Made by a program: the position numbers and the translations under genes
Origin: Solirubrobacteraceae bacterium
Lineage (GTDB): Bacteria; Actinomycetota; Thermoleophilia; Solirubrobacterales; Solirubrobacteraceae
DNA length: 58,850 nucleotides
NCBI GenBank assembly: GCA_036559185.1
Contig: DATBTP010000155.1
Span: 1-58,850 of the forward strand
Reading direction: 5' to 3'
The notes under the pieces: model-generated
Seen by the model: only the letters and a program-made list of their open reading frames with translations
What the model was told of the DNA's origin: nothing
Database searches by the model: none
Shown here: positions 29,121-38,198 of the stretch, piece by piece
How positions within the stretch are numbered: the stretch's first letter is position 1
Layout: each line of letters opens with the position of its first letter

Positions 29121-31274
29121 CTAACTCGCGCTCTCGCTCGAGACGGTCTGCGGAATCGAGGGCTCCACGCGCAATATCCGCGCGGGAAGGTGCGGCAGCC
29201 ACCAGTTCCAGCGACCGAACAGGGAGATGACCGCCGGCACGAGCAGCGCCCTGATCACGGTCGCGTCGAGCAGGATGCCAGCCGCCAGTCCGGTCGCGAG
29301 CACCTTGATTTCGGTCTCCGGGCCGGATGCGAGCGACACAAAGGCTAGGAACAGGATCAGCGCCGCGCTCGTCACGAGACGGCCGGTGCGCCCTATGCCG
29401 CGCACTACCGCGCTGTCGGTCGAGCCGGTGGCGTCGTACTCCTCGCGCATGCGCGCCAGGATGAATACCTCGTAGTCCATCGAGAGTCCGAATAGGAAGG
29501 CGAACACCATCAGCGGGATCCACGCCGTTACAGAGCCCGTCGCGGGGATGCCCCAGATGAAGTGCGAGCCGTATCCGCGTTGCCACACCAGATCGAGCAC
29601 GCCCCAAGCCGCGCCCACGCTGATGACGTTGAGGATCACCGCCTTCAGCGGCAACAGCAGCGAGCGGAAGGCTCGTGCGAGTAGGACGAAGGTGATGAGG
29701 GCGATGAGGGCGATCATCAACGGGAAGTTGCCATACACCGCTTCGATGAAGTCCTCGTTCTGCGCGGCCAACCCGCCGAGACGCACCTCCGGGCCCGCTT
29801 CGTGAGCGGCGGCGCGCACGCGGTCGAGCGTGTCGCGACCGGCTGTGGAGGAGCCGTCGGCGATCGAGAAGCTGTCCACCACCGTCACGCCTTCTCCGCG
29901 CCAAGCCGATGAGGTCGGGGCAACCGCTCCCTGCACGCCCGCCACGCGCGCCATCGCGCTCGCCACCTTCTCCGGCGAGGTCGAGCCTTCGACGAGCGCC
30001 TCGTTGGGCAGCAGCGCGCCCGAGCCGATGCCCGACTTCTCCAGCGCGAGTAGCCCCTGCTTGGCGTCGCCCTGCTTGGCGATCGTGTTGACGTTGGGAA
30101 GACCCGGTTGGATGTTGGTTGCCGCCAGTACGAGCGCCGCGAGCACGGCAGTCGCGCCGAGCGCCGCCACCCAGCGGTTGCGCACCACCAGCCGCGCCCA
30201 GCTCGTCCACGAGCGCGAAGCCTTGTCGTCGCTGCGCACGTGCGGCCAATCCAGGCGAGGGCCGAGCTTGCTCAGCACCACCGGCAAGAGCGTCACCGCC
30301 ACGATCACGCTGATGAGCGGGATCAACATGCCGCCGTAGCCCACCGAGCGCAGGAATGGAAGCGGCAGCGCGATCAGCGCGAGCAGCCCGATCGCGACCG
30401 TGGTGCCACTGAACACGACCGCCCGACCGGCCGTTTCCATGGCGCGCTGGATCGCGGCGTCTCCCTCCAAGCCGTGCGCGCGCTCCTCGCGCCAGCGCAC
30501 CACCACGATGAGCGCGTAGTCGATCGACACGCCGAGTCCTATCAGAGCGATCAAGAACTGGACGATCGGCGAGATTTCGGTGACCGTCGTGAGCCCCCAA
30601 ACGACGAGGAAGGTGGTGAGGATCGAGACGATCGCCATCATGATGGGCACGATCGCCAGGAACGAGGCGAACACGAACGCCAGCACCAACAGCGCGCCGA
30701 GGCCGCCGAGCAGGGCCTCCACGAGGACCCCGGGCCCGTTGCCGCCGCCGCTTTGCACGGACAACGCATCGAAGCCCGTGAGGTGCACGGGCGCCCCCGC
30801 GACCGTCATTCCCCTTAGCGCCGCGCTCGCTTTTTCGGCGGCCTTGGGGTTGTCTTCGAAGGCCTGAGTGCGGTCGGGCGGGGGGTAGGCGACGATGAAG
30901 GTGGTGCGCCCGTCCTTCGAAAGGAAGGCGCGGGCGCCTGTGCTCGCGTAGCCCGCTACACGGCTGCCCGGAAGCGTGCGCTCGAGGCGCGCTTCGACTG
31001 CCGCCAGTTCGGCGCGCACCTGCGGCGAGCTCGCCGGCTGGCCGGCCGGGAGCGTGACCACAGGCAGCAGCGGCGCGCCGTTGCCGCCGGTGCCTTTGAA
31101 GCGGCGGCCTATCTGCTGGTTTGCAACCCAGCCTTCCTTGCCGGGCACGGAGAACTTTTGTTTGAGCGCTTTGCTCGCGGGCCCGGCCGACGCCATGCCG
31201 ATCAGTGTGAGGGCTACCCAGAAGATGACGACGGTGCGCTTGTGGGTCAACACCCAGCTTGTCAGCGATGCCAT
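29121..31274 (-). CDS. MMPL/RND family transporter
   Basis: GVSIDYAL and FGLSMDYEVF motifs; ATG 31274 after an AAGGAAGG SD. Confidence 0.92.
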   Translation of the reverse strand: MASLTSWVLTHKRTVVIFWVALTLIGMASAGPASKALKQKFSVPGKEGWVANQQIGRRFKGTGGNGAPLLPVVTLPAGQPASSPQVRAELAAVEARLERTLPGSRVAGYASTGARAFLSKDGRTTFIVAYPPPDRTQAFEDNPKAAEKASAALRGMTVAGAPVHLTGFDALSVQSGGGNGPGVLVEALLGGLGALLVLAFVFASFLAIVPIMMAIVSILTTFLVVWGLTTVTEISPIVQFLIALIGLGVSIDYALIVVVRWREERAHGLEGDAAIQRAMETAGRAVVFSGTTVAIGLLALIALPLPFLRSVGYGGMLIPLISVIVAVTLLPVVLSKLGPRLDWPHVRSDDKASRSWTSWARLVVRNRWVAALGATAVLAALVLAATNIQPGLPNVNTIAKQGDAKQGLLALEKSGIGSGALLPNEALVEGSTSPEKVASAMARVAGVQGAVAPTSSAWRGEGVTVVDSFSIADGSSTAGRDTLDRVRAAAHEAGPEVRLGGLAAQNEDFIEAVYGNFPLMIALIALITFVLLARAFRSLLLPLKAVILNVISVGAAWGVLDLVWQRGYGSHFIWGIPATGSVTAWIPLMVFAFLFGLSMDYEVFILARMREEYDATGSTDSAVVRGIGRTGRLVTSAALILFLAFVSLASGPETEIKVLATGLAAGILLDATVIRALLVPAVISLFGRWNWWLPHLPARILRVEPSIPQTVSSESAS

Positions 31275-31317
31275 GTGCCTGCCTTCCTTTCGTCTCCGCT
31301 TGAAATCGCTTCCGGGG

Positions 31318-31350
31318 ATTAGACGGTGCGCTGGCCCGGAACTCATCGGT
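31318..31350 (-). promoter_or_regulatory. ECF (SigG-like) promoter, CGATGA-N18-GTC, upstream of MMPL
   Basis: ACCGATGAGTTccgggccagcgcacCGTCTAAT; identical spacing to the copy at 31999-32031. Confidence 0.6.
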
Positions 31351-31569
31351 CGCGCTCCCTAAATCGTCCGCGCGATGAATTCTCCGCCCGGCGCCACTCT
31401 CAGCTCGTGACGATCTAACGAGCGAGATGTGCGCCAAGCCCTCCGATCCTGACACATCGGCGGCGATCGTCGGTGTCATCGCCGCCGGCGATGAGGCTTG
31501 CGAGCGAGAAGCACGCTTCAAACAGGGTAAGCCGCCGCGACGTACCCTCGCGGCGGCTTACGTTGGCGG

Positions 31570-31965
31570 TCAATCTGTTTGCACCGCGAAGAAGCGGTTG
31601 CCGTCCTGGTCGCGGAAGAAGAACATCGGCGGCACCGGACCGCCCATGCGCATCACCTCCGCGTCGACGTCCACGCCGCGGGCGAGGAGATCGGCGTGAT
31701 CGGCGTCGATGTCCGTGCTCCTGAGCGCCACACGAGTCTCGATGCCGGCCGATTCTCCCTCGCGCGGCGGCATGAGCGCGAGCGTCGTGTCGGCACCCGG
31801 CGGGGCTACTTCCACCCAGCGCTCGCCTTCGCCGAAGGGAATGTCGGCGCGCTTCTCGCAGCCCAACTTCTCGGTGTAGAACTCGATCGCGCGGTCCTGG
31901 TCGCTTACGGGAACGATCACCGTGCTCACCTGTGTGAGGTGGGTCTTGGTATCGGTCATAGCCAT
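31570..31965 (-). CDS. VOC/glyoxalase family protein
   Basis: VSDQDRAIEFY.EKLG and FRDQDGN motifs; GGAGGA SD. Confidence 0.9.
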   Translation of the reverse strand: MAMTDTKTHLTQVSTVIVPVSDQDRAIEFYTEKLGCEKRADIPFGEGERWVEVAPPGADTTLALMPPREGESAGIETRVALRSTDIDADHADLLARGVDVDAEVMRMGGPVPPMFFFRDQDGNRFFAVQTD

Positions 31966-31998
31966 CTCTGATCCTCCTGGGTGGTTGGGGTTTTCAAG

Positions 31999-32031
31999 AT
32001 AGGACGTTCCTGCGCGAGAAAACTCATCGGT
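31999..32031 (-). promoter_or_regulatory. ECF (SigG-like) promoter, CGATGA-N18-GTC, upstream of the VOC gene
   Basis: ACCGATGAGTTttctcgcgcaggaaCGTCCTAT. Confidence 0.6.
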
Positions 32032-32066
32032 TCGCGGTGTGGGTCGCTCGCGTAGGGTGTCAGGAG

Positions 32067-33164
32067 ATGCCACTACCCCCGTTTCCCGTGCCTAACGCGG
32101 CCGTGCGCGCCGGGCTGGCGCTGCGCAAGGGCGTGCTGGGGCTCGCCGACCGCATGCTTCCGGCGGAGGCGGCCCTGTGGGACTTCACGGCGGGGATGCA
32201 GCGCACGAAGCTCGCGGGCGTGCTCGTCACCTCAGGGCTGGCCGACGCCCTCGGCGAGCGCCGCCGCGACGCCCGCGAACTCGCCCTCGAGCTTGGCCTC
32301 TCAGAGGAGGTGACCCGGCGCGTGCTTGGCGCGGCGGCGGCCTGCCGGTTGGTTCACCTCGACCGCAAGGGCGCCGCTCGCCTGGCGCGGTTGGGATCGC
32401 CGCTGCGCGGCAACCACCCCCAATCGCTTGCTTCGTGGGCGGCCTACCAGGCCGCGCCGGCCAACGCCGCCGCGCACGCGCAGCTCGAGGGCCAGTTGCG
32501 CGAGGGCGCGCAGCCCTCCGGTCACCGGCGCGCGTTTGGCAACTCGGTGTGGGACTACTTCGGCGAGCATCCTCAGGAGGGCGCGCGCTTCGGCAACGCC
32601 ATGCGCGAGCTGACCGCGATCGACCTCGCCGCGCTGGCTCGTTGCTATCCCTGGCCGCGCGAGGGCGTGATCTGCGACGTGGGCGGTGGCGTTGGCACGC
32701 TGCTCGCAGCGATACTCGAGCGCCATAAGAGTGCGCGGGGCGTACTGGTGGACGCTCCGGATGTGCTCACCGAAGCCGAGGGCTTCCTGCGCTCGCGCGG
32801 CATCGCCGAGCGGGTGGAGCGGCGCGCGGGCGACCTCTTCGGGGCGATGGACGCGCGCGCGGACGTGTACGTGCTCAAGTGGATACTCCACGACTGGAGC
32901 GACGATGCCTGCCGCGACATCCTGCGGCGCGTGCGCGCCACGATGCCGGCTGGTGCGAGGGTCGTGGCGATCGACCAGCACCTCGAGCCCAACCGCCCCA
33001 GCCCGGTCACCTCGATGGTGGATCTGTTGATGCTCGTGGAGTGCGAGGGCGGCCGCGAGCGTTCCCCCGCGGAGATTCACGGTCTGATGCGCGACGCCGG
33101 GCTCACGCCCGGTCGTGTCCGGCATTCGGGGCTTCAGATGGTGGTGGAGGGCGTGGCGCGGTAG
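32067..33164 (+). CDS. SAM-dependent O-methyltransferase with dimerisation domain
   Basis: DVGGGVG, GDLF, LKWILHDWSD and GGRER motifs. Confidence 0.9.
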   Translation: MPLPPFPVPNAAVRAGLALRKGVLGLADRMLPAEAALWDFTAGMQRTKLAGVLVTSGLADALGERRRDARELALELGLSEEVTRRVLGAAAACRLVHLDRKGAARLARLGSPLRGNHPQSLASWAAYQAAPANAAAHAQLEGQLREGAQPSGHRRAFGNSVWDYFGEHPQEGARFGNAMRELTAIDLAALARCYPWPREGVICDVGGGVGTLLAAILERHKSARGVLVDAPDVLTEAEGFLRSRGIAERVERRAGDLFGAMDARADVYVLKWILHDWSDDACRDILRRVRATMPAGARVVAIDQHLEPNRPSPVTSMVDLLMLVECEGGRERSPAEIHGLMRDAGLTPGRVRHSGLQMVVEGVAR

Positions 33165-33392
33165 CGACGAGGCGGTGCCTACCGCGCAAGCCGTGCCTGA
33201 CATCGACGCGGATATGTTTGCCGTTGGCTTCAAACGGGGAGGTGCAACCCAACTCCCCAAATACCGTGTTCTACACGCGTAAACGGGATGACCTGCTTTC
33301 TATCGCGGACGACTGCATGAGTCCGTCGAATTGGCCGATGAGCGCTGTGGTCGTTGCGACCCACGAGGCTCCCGCCAACCCCTACGAGGTTT

Positions 33393-34640
33393 ATGACTCA
33401 ACCGATAAGCAGTTCAGTGGAGGGCTCGGCAAGACATTCATCCGGCGGGGTGCTGATCACCGGCGCAACCGGGTTCATCGGGATGGAGCTGCTGGTTCGC
33501 TACTTGCGGCGCACCGACCGGTGCGTCTACGCGCTCGTGCGTGGCGCCGACGACCGTGAGGTCGCGGCCCGGCTGAGGCGCACGCTGATATCGCTGTTCG
33601 GCGCCGATCATCCCTACCGCGAGCGTGTGGTTGGAGTTCGCGGTGACATCACGCACGCCGGGCTTGGCCTTGGGGGCAGCGGCGAGGCGATCGCCGAGCG
33701 GGTGAGCGAGATAGTGCACGGCGCGGCGTCCGTGTCCTTCGAGCTCGGGCTTGAGGCTGCCCGGGAGGTCAACGTGGAGGGCACGCGACGCGCGCTGGAG
33801 TTCGCCGAGCGCTGCGAGCGGCGCGGGGGGTTGCGTCGTTTTTCCTACATCTCAACAGCGTACGTCGCGGGCGAGCACGCGGGATGCTTCAGCGAGGACG
33901 AGCTCGACATCGGCCAATCCTTCCGCAACGCCTACGAGCGGTCGAAGTTCGAGGCGGAGAGCCTGGTTGCGGGCTCGCGTGGGAGCCTTCCGGTCACGGT
34001 GCTGCGTCCGAGCATCGTCGTGGGCGAGCGCGACACCGGCTGGACCGCGTCGTTCAACGTGCTGTATTGGCCGTTGCGAGCGTTTTCGCGCGGAGCGTAC
34101 CTGGCGCTGCCGGCGCGCCGCGACGCGCCGGTTGACGTTGTACCAGTCGATTACGTCGCCGACGCGATCTTCGCCCTCAGCCAGGCCCGCGAGGCGGAGG
34201 GCGCCACCTTCCACCTCACGGCGGGCGCCCACGCGAGCACCGTAGGCGAGCTTGTGGATCTCGCGGCGGCGTTCTTCGCGCGTCGACCACCCCGCTTGAT
34301 CGACCCAAACGTGTACAGGAGGCTCGTGCACCCGCTGCTCGTTCGCGCCGGAGGCGACGAGCGCTACCGTCGGGAGCTCGAGCGCAGCGAGGTGTTCTTT
34401 CCCTACTTCGCCACGCGCGCCACCTACGACGATCGGCGTTCCCGTGTCGCGCTTTGCGGGCTGGGCATCAAACCGAGCCCGCTGCACACCTACTTCGGCC
34501 GCTTGGTCGAGTTCGCGCTTGCCTCAGAGTGGGGCCGGAAACCGATATCGCGAGCGGTCGCCAGGGGGAGCATAGAGTTCCTCTCTCCTCGCCGCCCGGC
34601 GCCGACGCCAGCTTCCCCTCAACTGGCGCTTGCTCGATGA
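33393..34640 (+). CDS. Extended SDR, thioester/fatty acyl-CoA reductase-like (NAD_binding_4)
   Basis: TGATGFIG, HGAASV, ISTAYVAG, YERSK, RPSIVVG and VPVDYV motifs. Confidence 0.82.
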   Translation: MTQPISSSVEGSARHSSGGVLITGATGFIGMELLVRYLRRTDRCVYALVRGADDREVAARLRRTLISLFGADHPYRERVVGVRGDITHAGLGLGGSGEAIAERVSEIVHGAASVSFELGLEAAREVNVEGTRRALEFAERCERRGGLRRFSYISTAYVAGEHAGCFSEDELDIGQSFRNAYERSKFEAESLVAGSRGSLPVTVLRPSIVVGERDTGWTASFNVLYWPLRAFSRGAYLALPARRDAPVDVVPVDYVADAIFALSQAREAEGATFHLTAGAHASTVGELVDLAAAFFARRPPRLIDPNVYRRLVHPLLVRAGGDERYRRELERSEVFFPYFATRATYDDRRSRVALCGLGIKPSPLHTYFGRLVEFALASEWGRKPISRAVARGSIEFLSPRRPAPTPASPQLALAR

Positions 34641-35992
34641 CCGGCGCGCGTCTTTCGGCTCTTGACGCCTCCTTCCTTGCGGTGGAGACGCCCACCGCGC
34701 ATATGCACGTCGGCTGGGTTGCGCTGTTCTCGGCGCCCGCCAAAGGTCGGCTGCCACCCTTCTCGGTTCTGCGCGATCACATCGGAAGGCGGATCGGGCA
34801 CGCGCCGCGCTACCGCCAGAAGCTCGCTACCGTGCCGCTCGGCGTGCACTCCCCGGAGTGGGTGGACGATCCTCACTTCTCTATCGATCGCCACCTCTAC
34901 TGGGCGCCGGGCCCGCTTCGCCAGCTCGTCGATGAGGTGATGTCGGTGCCGTTGCGGCGCGACCGGCCGCTCTGGGAGATGTGGATCTGCGAGGACGCCG
35001 GGGAGGAGCAGATGGCGATCGTCGGCAAGATGCACCACTGCATGGTCGACGGCCTCGCGGCGGTCGAGCTGGCGTCGCTGCTGCTAGACCTCACACCCGA
35101 GTCGGTGGTGTGCGAGCCAGAGAGTTGGACCGCCGCGCCCGCCCCCGACTCCGGTCGTCTGCTGGTGGGCGCCGTGCGCGACCGCTTGGCGGAGCAGCTG
35201 GGACTGCTGCGGTGGCCGCTGCGCGCCGCCGCCTCGCCCTCGCGTGTCGCGTGCGAGCTCGCGAGCGCGGTCCCGCGCGTGACCAAAGCGCTCGCGCAAT
35301 CGCTGCGCCCAGCCCCGCGGAGCCCGCTCAACACACCGCTCTCGCCATCGCGGAGCTTGGCCTGGGCGCATCGCCCTCTCGAGGATCTGCGCAAGGTCAA
35401 GTGCGCTCACGGAACCACCGTCAACGACGTTCTACTGGCCGCCGTGGCGGGCGGCGTGCACAAGCTCGTGGCGGCGCGAGGGGGGGAGCCGGCGCCGCTG
35501 AAGGCGATGGTGCCCGTGAGCGTACGCGCGGACGGCGACAAGCTCGGCAATCGCGTGTCGTTTGTGTTCGCCGATCTTCCGTGCGAGGAGCCCAATCCCC
35601 TGCGCCGCCTGCATCGTGTGGCCACGACGATGAGCCAACGCAAGCGCGATCGCGTGTCAGAGGGCGCCGATATGGCGTTCAAGGCGGCGGCTTACACGCC
35701 GGGCGTCGTCCAGCACGCTATCTCCCGTACATTCGCCAGCCCGCGTACGTTCAATCTTGTGGTCTCTAACATCCCGGGTCCGCCGCAGCAGATGTACATG
35801 CGCGGGTGTCCACTGCGCGCGGCCTATCCGGTCGTTCCACTCGCCGACAGCCACGCGCTCTCGATCGGCATGACGAGCGTCTGCGGTCGGGCGTGCCTGG
35901 GGATCTACGCCGACCGCGAGGCGATACCGGAGGCTGGGCGGCTCGCGGGCGATGTGGACGCGTCGATCACCGAGTTGCTCGCGACCACGTGA
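34637..35992 (+). CDS. Wax ester synthase/diacylglycerol acyltransferase (WS/DGAT)
   Basis: RLSALDASFL, HHCMVDG, TVNDV and VVSNIPGP motifs; ATGA overlap with the upstream gene. Confidence 0.92.
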   Translation: MTGARLSALDASFLAVETPTAHMHVGWVALFSAPAKGRLPPFSVLRDHIGRRIGHAPRYRQKLATVPLGVHSPEWVDDPHFSIDRHLYWAPGPLRQLVDEVMSVPLRRDRPLWEMWICEDAGEEQMAIVGKMHHCMVDGLAAVELASLLLDLTPESVVCEPESWTAAPAPDSGRLLVGAVRDRLAEQLGLLRWPLRAAASPSRVACELASAVPRVTKALAQSLRPAPRSPLNTPLSPSRSLAWAHRPLEDLRKVKCAHGTTVNDVLLAAVAGGVHKLVAARGGEPAPLKAMVPVSVRADGDKLGNRVSFVFADLPCEEPNPLRRLHRVATTMSQRKRDRVSEGADMAFKAAAYTPGVVQHAISRTFASPRTFNLVVSNIPGPPQQMYMRGCPLRAAYPVVPLADSHALSIGMTSVCGRACLGIYADREAIPEAGRLAGDVDASITELLATT

Positions 35993-35998
35993 GCGCCG

Positions 35999-37114
35999 AT
36001 GCCCACCAGACTGCCGATACCACGCACCGCGCCCCGCGTTCCGGTGTGGCCGCTCATACGCTCGGGGCTGCTCGAGCCGCTGGCCTCCCCGCACGGTGTG
36101 GAGCGCTACCTGGAGCTGGTAAGTCCCGGAAGTTCGCTGTGCGATCCCCAAGCTGAGATCGTCCAAGCTCGTCGTGAAGCGATCGACAGCGTCACCCTTA
36201 CACTGCGCCCCGGCAAGCGTTGGGGCGGCTTTCGCGCCGGGCAGTTCATCAGGCTGACAGTCGAGATCGCCGGTGTGCGCGAGACGCGCTGCTACTCGCC
36301 CGCGTGTAGCGAGCACGTCGACGGCGAGCTAGAGCTCACCGTCAAGGCGCATCCAGCGGGCAAGATTTCCCGTTATCTGAACGAGCACGCGCGCCCCGGG
36401 ATGCTCATGGGGTGCTCTGAGGCGGAGGGTGAGTTCGTCCTTGAGCGCCGGCGCCCCGAGCGCCTGTTGCTGATCAGCGGCGGCAGCGGGATCACCCCCG
36501 TGATGTCACTGCTGAGGACCCTGCGCGACGAGGGTCATTCGAGCAAGGTGACGTTCCTTCACTACGCGCGCTCTGAGCGCCATATTCCCTACCGTGAGGA
36601 GCTCCTCCAAATAGCGAGCGGATCATCGAACGTGCGTCTGGCCCTCCTCTGCACGCGCAAGACAGGCGCTCGCGCCCGGCACCTGGATCGCCGTCAATTG
36701 CGCCGCTTGGCGCCCGACTACGCCGATGCTCATACCTATGTCTGCGGTCCGCCGAGTCTCGCGGCGGCCGTTCGAGCGCTTTGGCGCGAGGACGGCATCG
36801 ACGCGCCGTTGTGGGTGGAGAGCTTCAAGGCGCCTTCGATGGCGGTCGGCGACGAGCAAGCCGGCGGCAGCGTGCACTTCGAGCGTTCGCGCAAGCGCGC
36901 TAGCAACGATGGTAGCTGCCTGCTCGAGCAGGCCGAGCGGGCCGGCTTGTGCCCGCCGTTTGGCTGCCGCATGGGCATCTGTCGCATGTGCACCGCCCGC
37001 AAGGCGAGCGGGCGCGTGCGCAACGTGCTCACAGGCGAGATCTCAAGTGGAGCGGACGAAGACATCCAGATCTGCATCTCCCAGCCGGTCGGCGACGTGG
37101 AGCTCGTCGTCTGA
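35999..37114 (+). CDS. Ferredoxin reductase (FAD/NAD + 2Fe-2S), desaturase partner
   Basis: RCYS, GGSGITP, CGP and GCRMGIC..C...C motifs. Confidence 0.9.
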   Translation: MPTRLPIPRTAPRVPVWPLIRSGLLEPLASPHGVERYLELVSPGSSLCDPQAEIVQARREAIDSVTLTLRPGKRWGGFRAGQFIRLTVEIAGVRETRCYSPACSEHVDGELELTVKAHPAGKISRYLNEHARPGMLMGCSEAEGEFVLERRRPERLLLISGGSGITPVMSLLRTLRDEGHSSKVTFLHYARSERHIPYREELLQIASGSSNVRLALLCTRKTGARARHLDRRQLRRLAPDYADAHTYVCGPPSLAAAVRALWREDGIDAPLWVESFKAPSMAVGDEQAGGSVHFERSRKRASNDGSCLLEQAERAGLCPPFGCRMGICRMCTARKASGRVRNVLTGEISSGADEDIQICISQPVGDVELVV

Positions 37115-37126
37115 GAAAGGAGCGAG

Positions 37127-38197
37127 ATGAGCGACAACGCAACACCCCAACTGAGTAGCGAGCAGACCGAGATGCTCTGCCGAGAGCTCGACGCGATCCG
37201 CGGTCGCGTGCTTGCGGACCTAGACGAGCGCGACGCCGACTACATTCGCAAGGTGATCCGCGCCCAGCGGGGGCTGGAGCTCACCGGCCGCGGCCTGCTC
37301 TTCTTCGGCGCCCTCCCGCCGGCGTGGCTCGGCGGTGTCGCCGCGTTGTCGCTGTCGAAGATACTCGACAACATGGAGATCGGCCACAACGTAATGCACG
37401 GCCAGTATGAGTGGACCAACGATCCCGAGTTGAACGGGCGGAGTTTCGAGTGGGACTCGGCCTGCCCGAGCGACCATTGGCGTCACTCGCACAACTTCAT
37501 ACACCACACCTATACAAACGTGCTCGGCAAGGATCGCGATGTCGGTTACGGCATCCTGCGAATGTCAGAGGATCAGCCGTGGAACCCCTACTACCTCGGC
37601 AACCCGCTCTACGCGGCGTTGTTGGCGATCTTCTTTCAGTACGGCGTCGCGTTGCACGACCTCGAAGTCGACCGCATCATTGCCGGGGAGATCACGCTGG
37701 CCGAGAAGCGCGAGCTGTTGCGCGAGATAGAGCGTAAGGTCAGCCGGCAGACGCTCAAGGACTACCTCCTGTTCCCATTGCTCGCGGGCCCCTCGGCGCC
37801 GCTCGTGCTGGCCGGCAACGCGACCGCCAACCTCGTGCGCAACCTGTGGTCTTTCACGATCATCTTCTGCGGGCACTTTCCCGACGGCACCGTCCAGTTC
37901 ACCGAGGCCGAGATGGCCGGTGAGACTCGCGGCCAGTGGTACCACCGTCAGTTGCTCGGCTCGGCCGATCTCACCGGCGGCAAGCTGTTCCAAATCGCCT
38001 CGGGTCATCTCAGCCACCAGATCGAGCACCACCTATTCCCCGACCTCCCAGCCAACCGCTACGAGGAGATCGCCGTGGAGGTGCGCGAGATCTGCGCGCG
38101 CTACGGACTGTCCTACAACACGGGCCCGCTGGTCAAGCAGTTCGGGAGCGTCGTGCGCAAGATCGCACGCTTCGCGCTGCCGGGCCGCCTTGGTTGA
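37127..38197 (+). CDS. Membrane acyl-CoA desaturase (DesA3-like)
   Basis: His boxes HNVMH, HNFIHH and QIEHH. Confidence 0.92.
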   Translation: MSDNATPQLSSEQTEMLCRELDAIRGRVLADLDERDADYIRKVIRAQRGLELTGRGLLFFGALPPAWLGGVAALSLSKILDNMEIGHNVMHGQYEWTNDPELNGRSFEWDSACPSDHWRHSHNFIHHTYTNVLGKDRDVGYGILRMSEDQPWNPYYLGNPLYAALLAIFFQYGVALHDLEVDRIIAGEITLAEKRELLREIERKVSRQTLKDYLLFPLLAGPSAPLVLAGNATANLVRNLWSFTIIFCGHFPDGTVQFTEAEMAGETRGQWYHRQLLGSADLTGGKLFQIASGHLSHQIEHHLFPDLPANRYEEIAVEVREICARYGLSYNTGPLVKQFGSVVRKIARFALPGRLG

Positions 38198-38198
38198 G

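Noticed and set aside
28468-31521. 1017-aa minus-strand ORF, and many other long Arg/Ala/Pro-rich ORFs in the track
   Set aside because: Alternative-frame or antisense shadows of real high-GC genes (here MMPL and the DHFR-like gene); no recognisable motifs.
33165-33392. Structured RNA upstream of the wax-ester operon (GGGGAG...CTCCCC hairpin)
   Set aside because: Hairpins are present but match no riboswitch consensus I recognise, and are expected by chance at this GC content.
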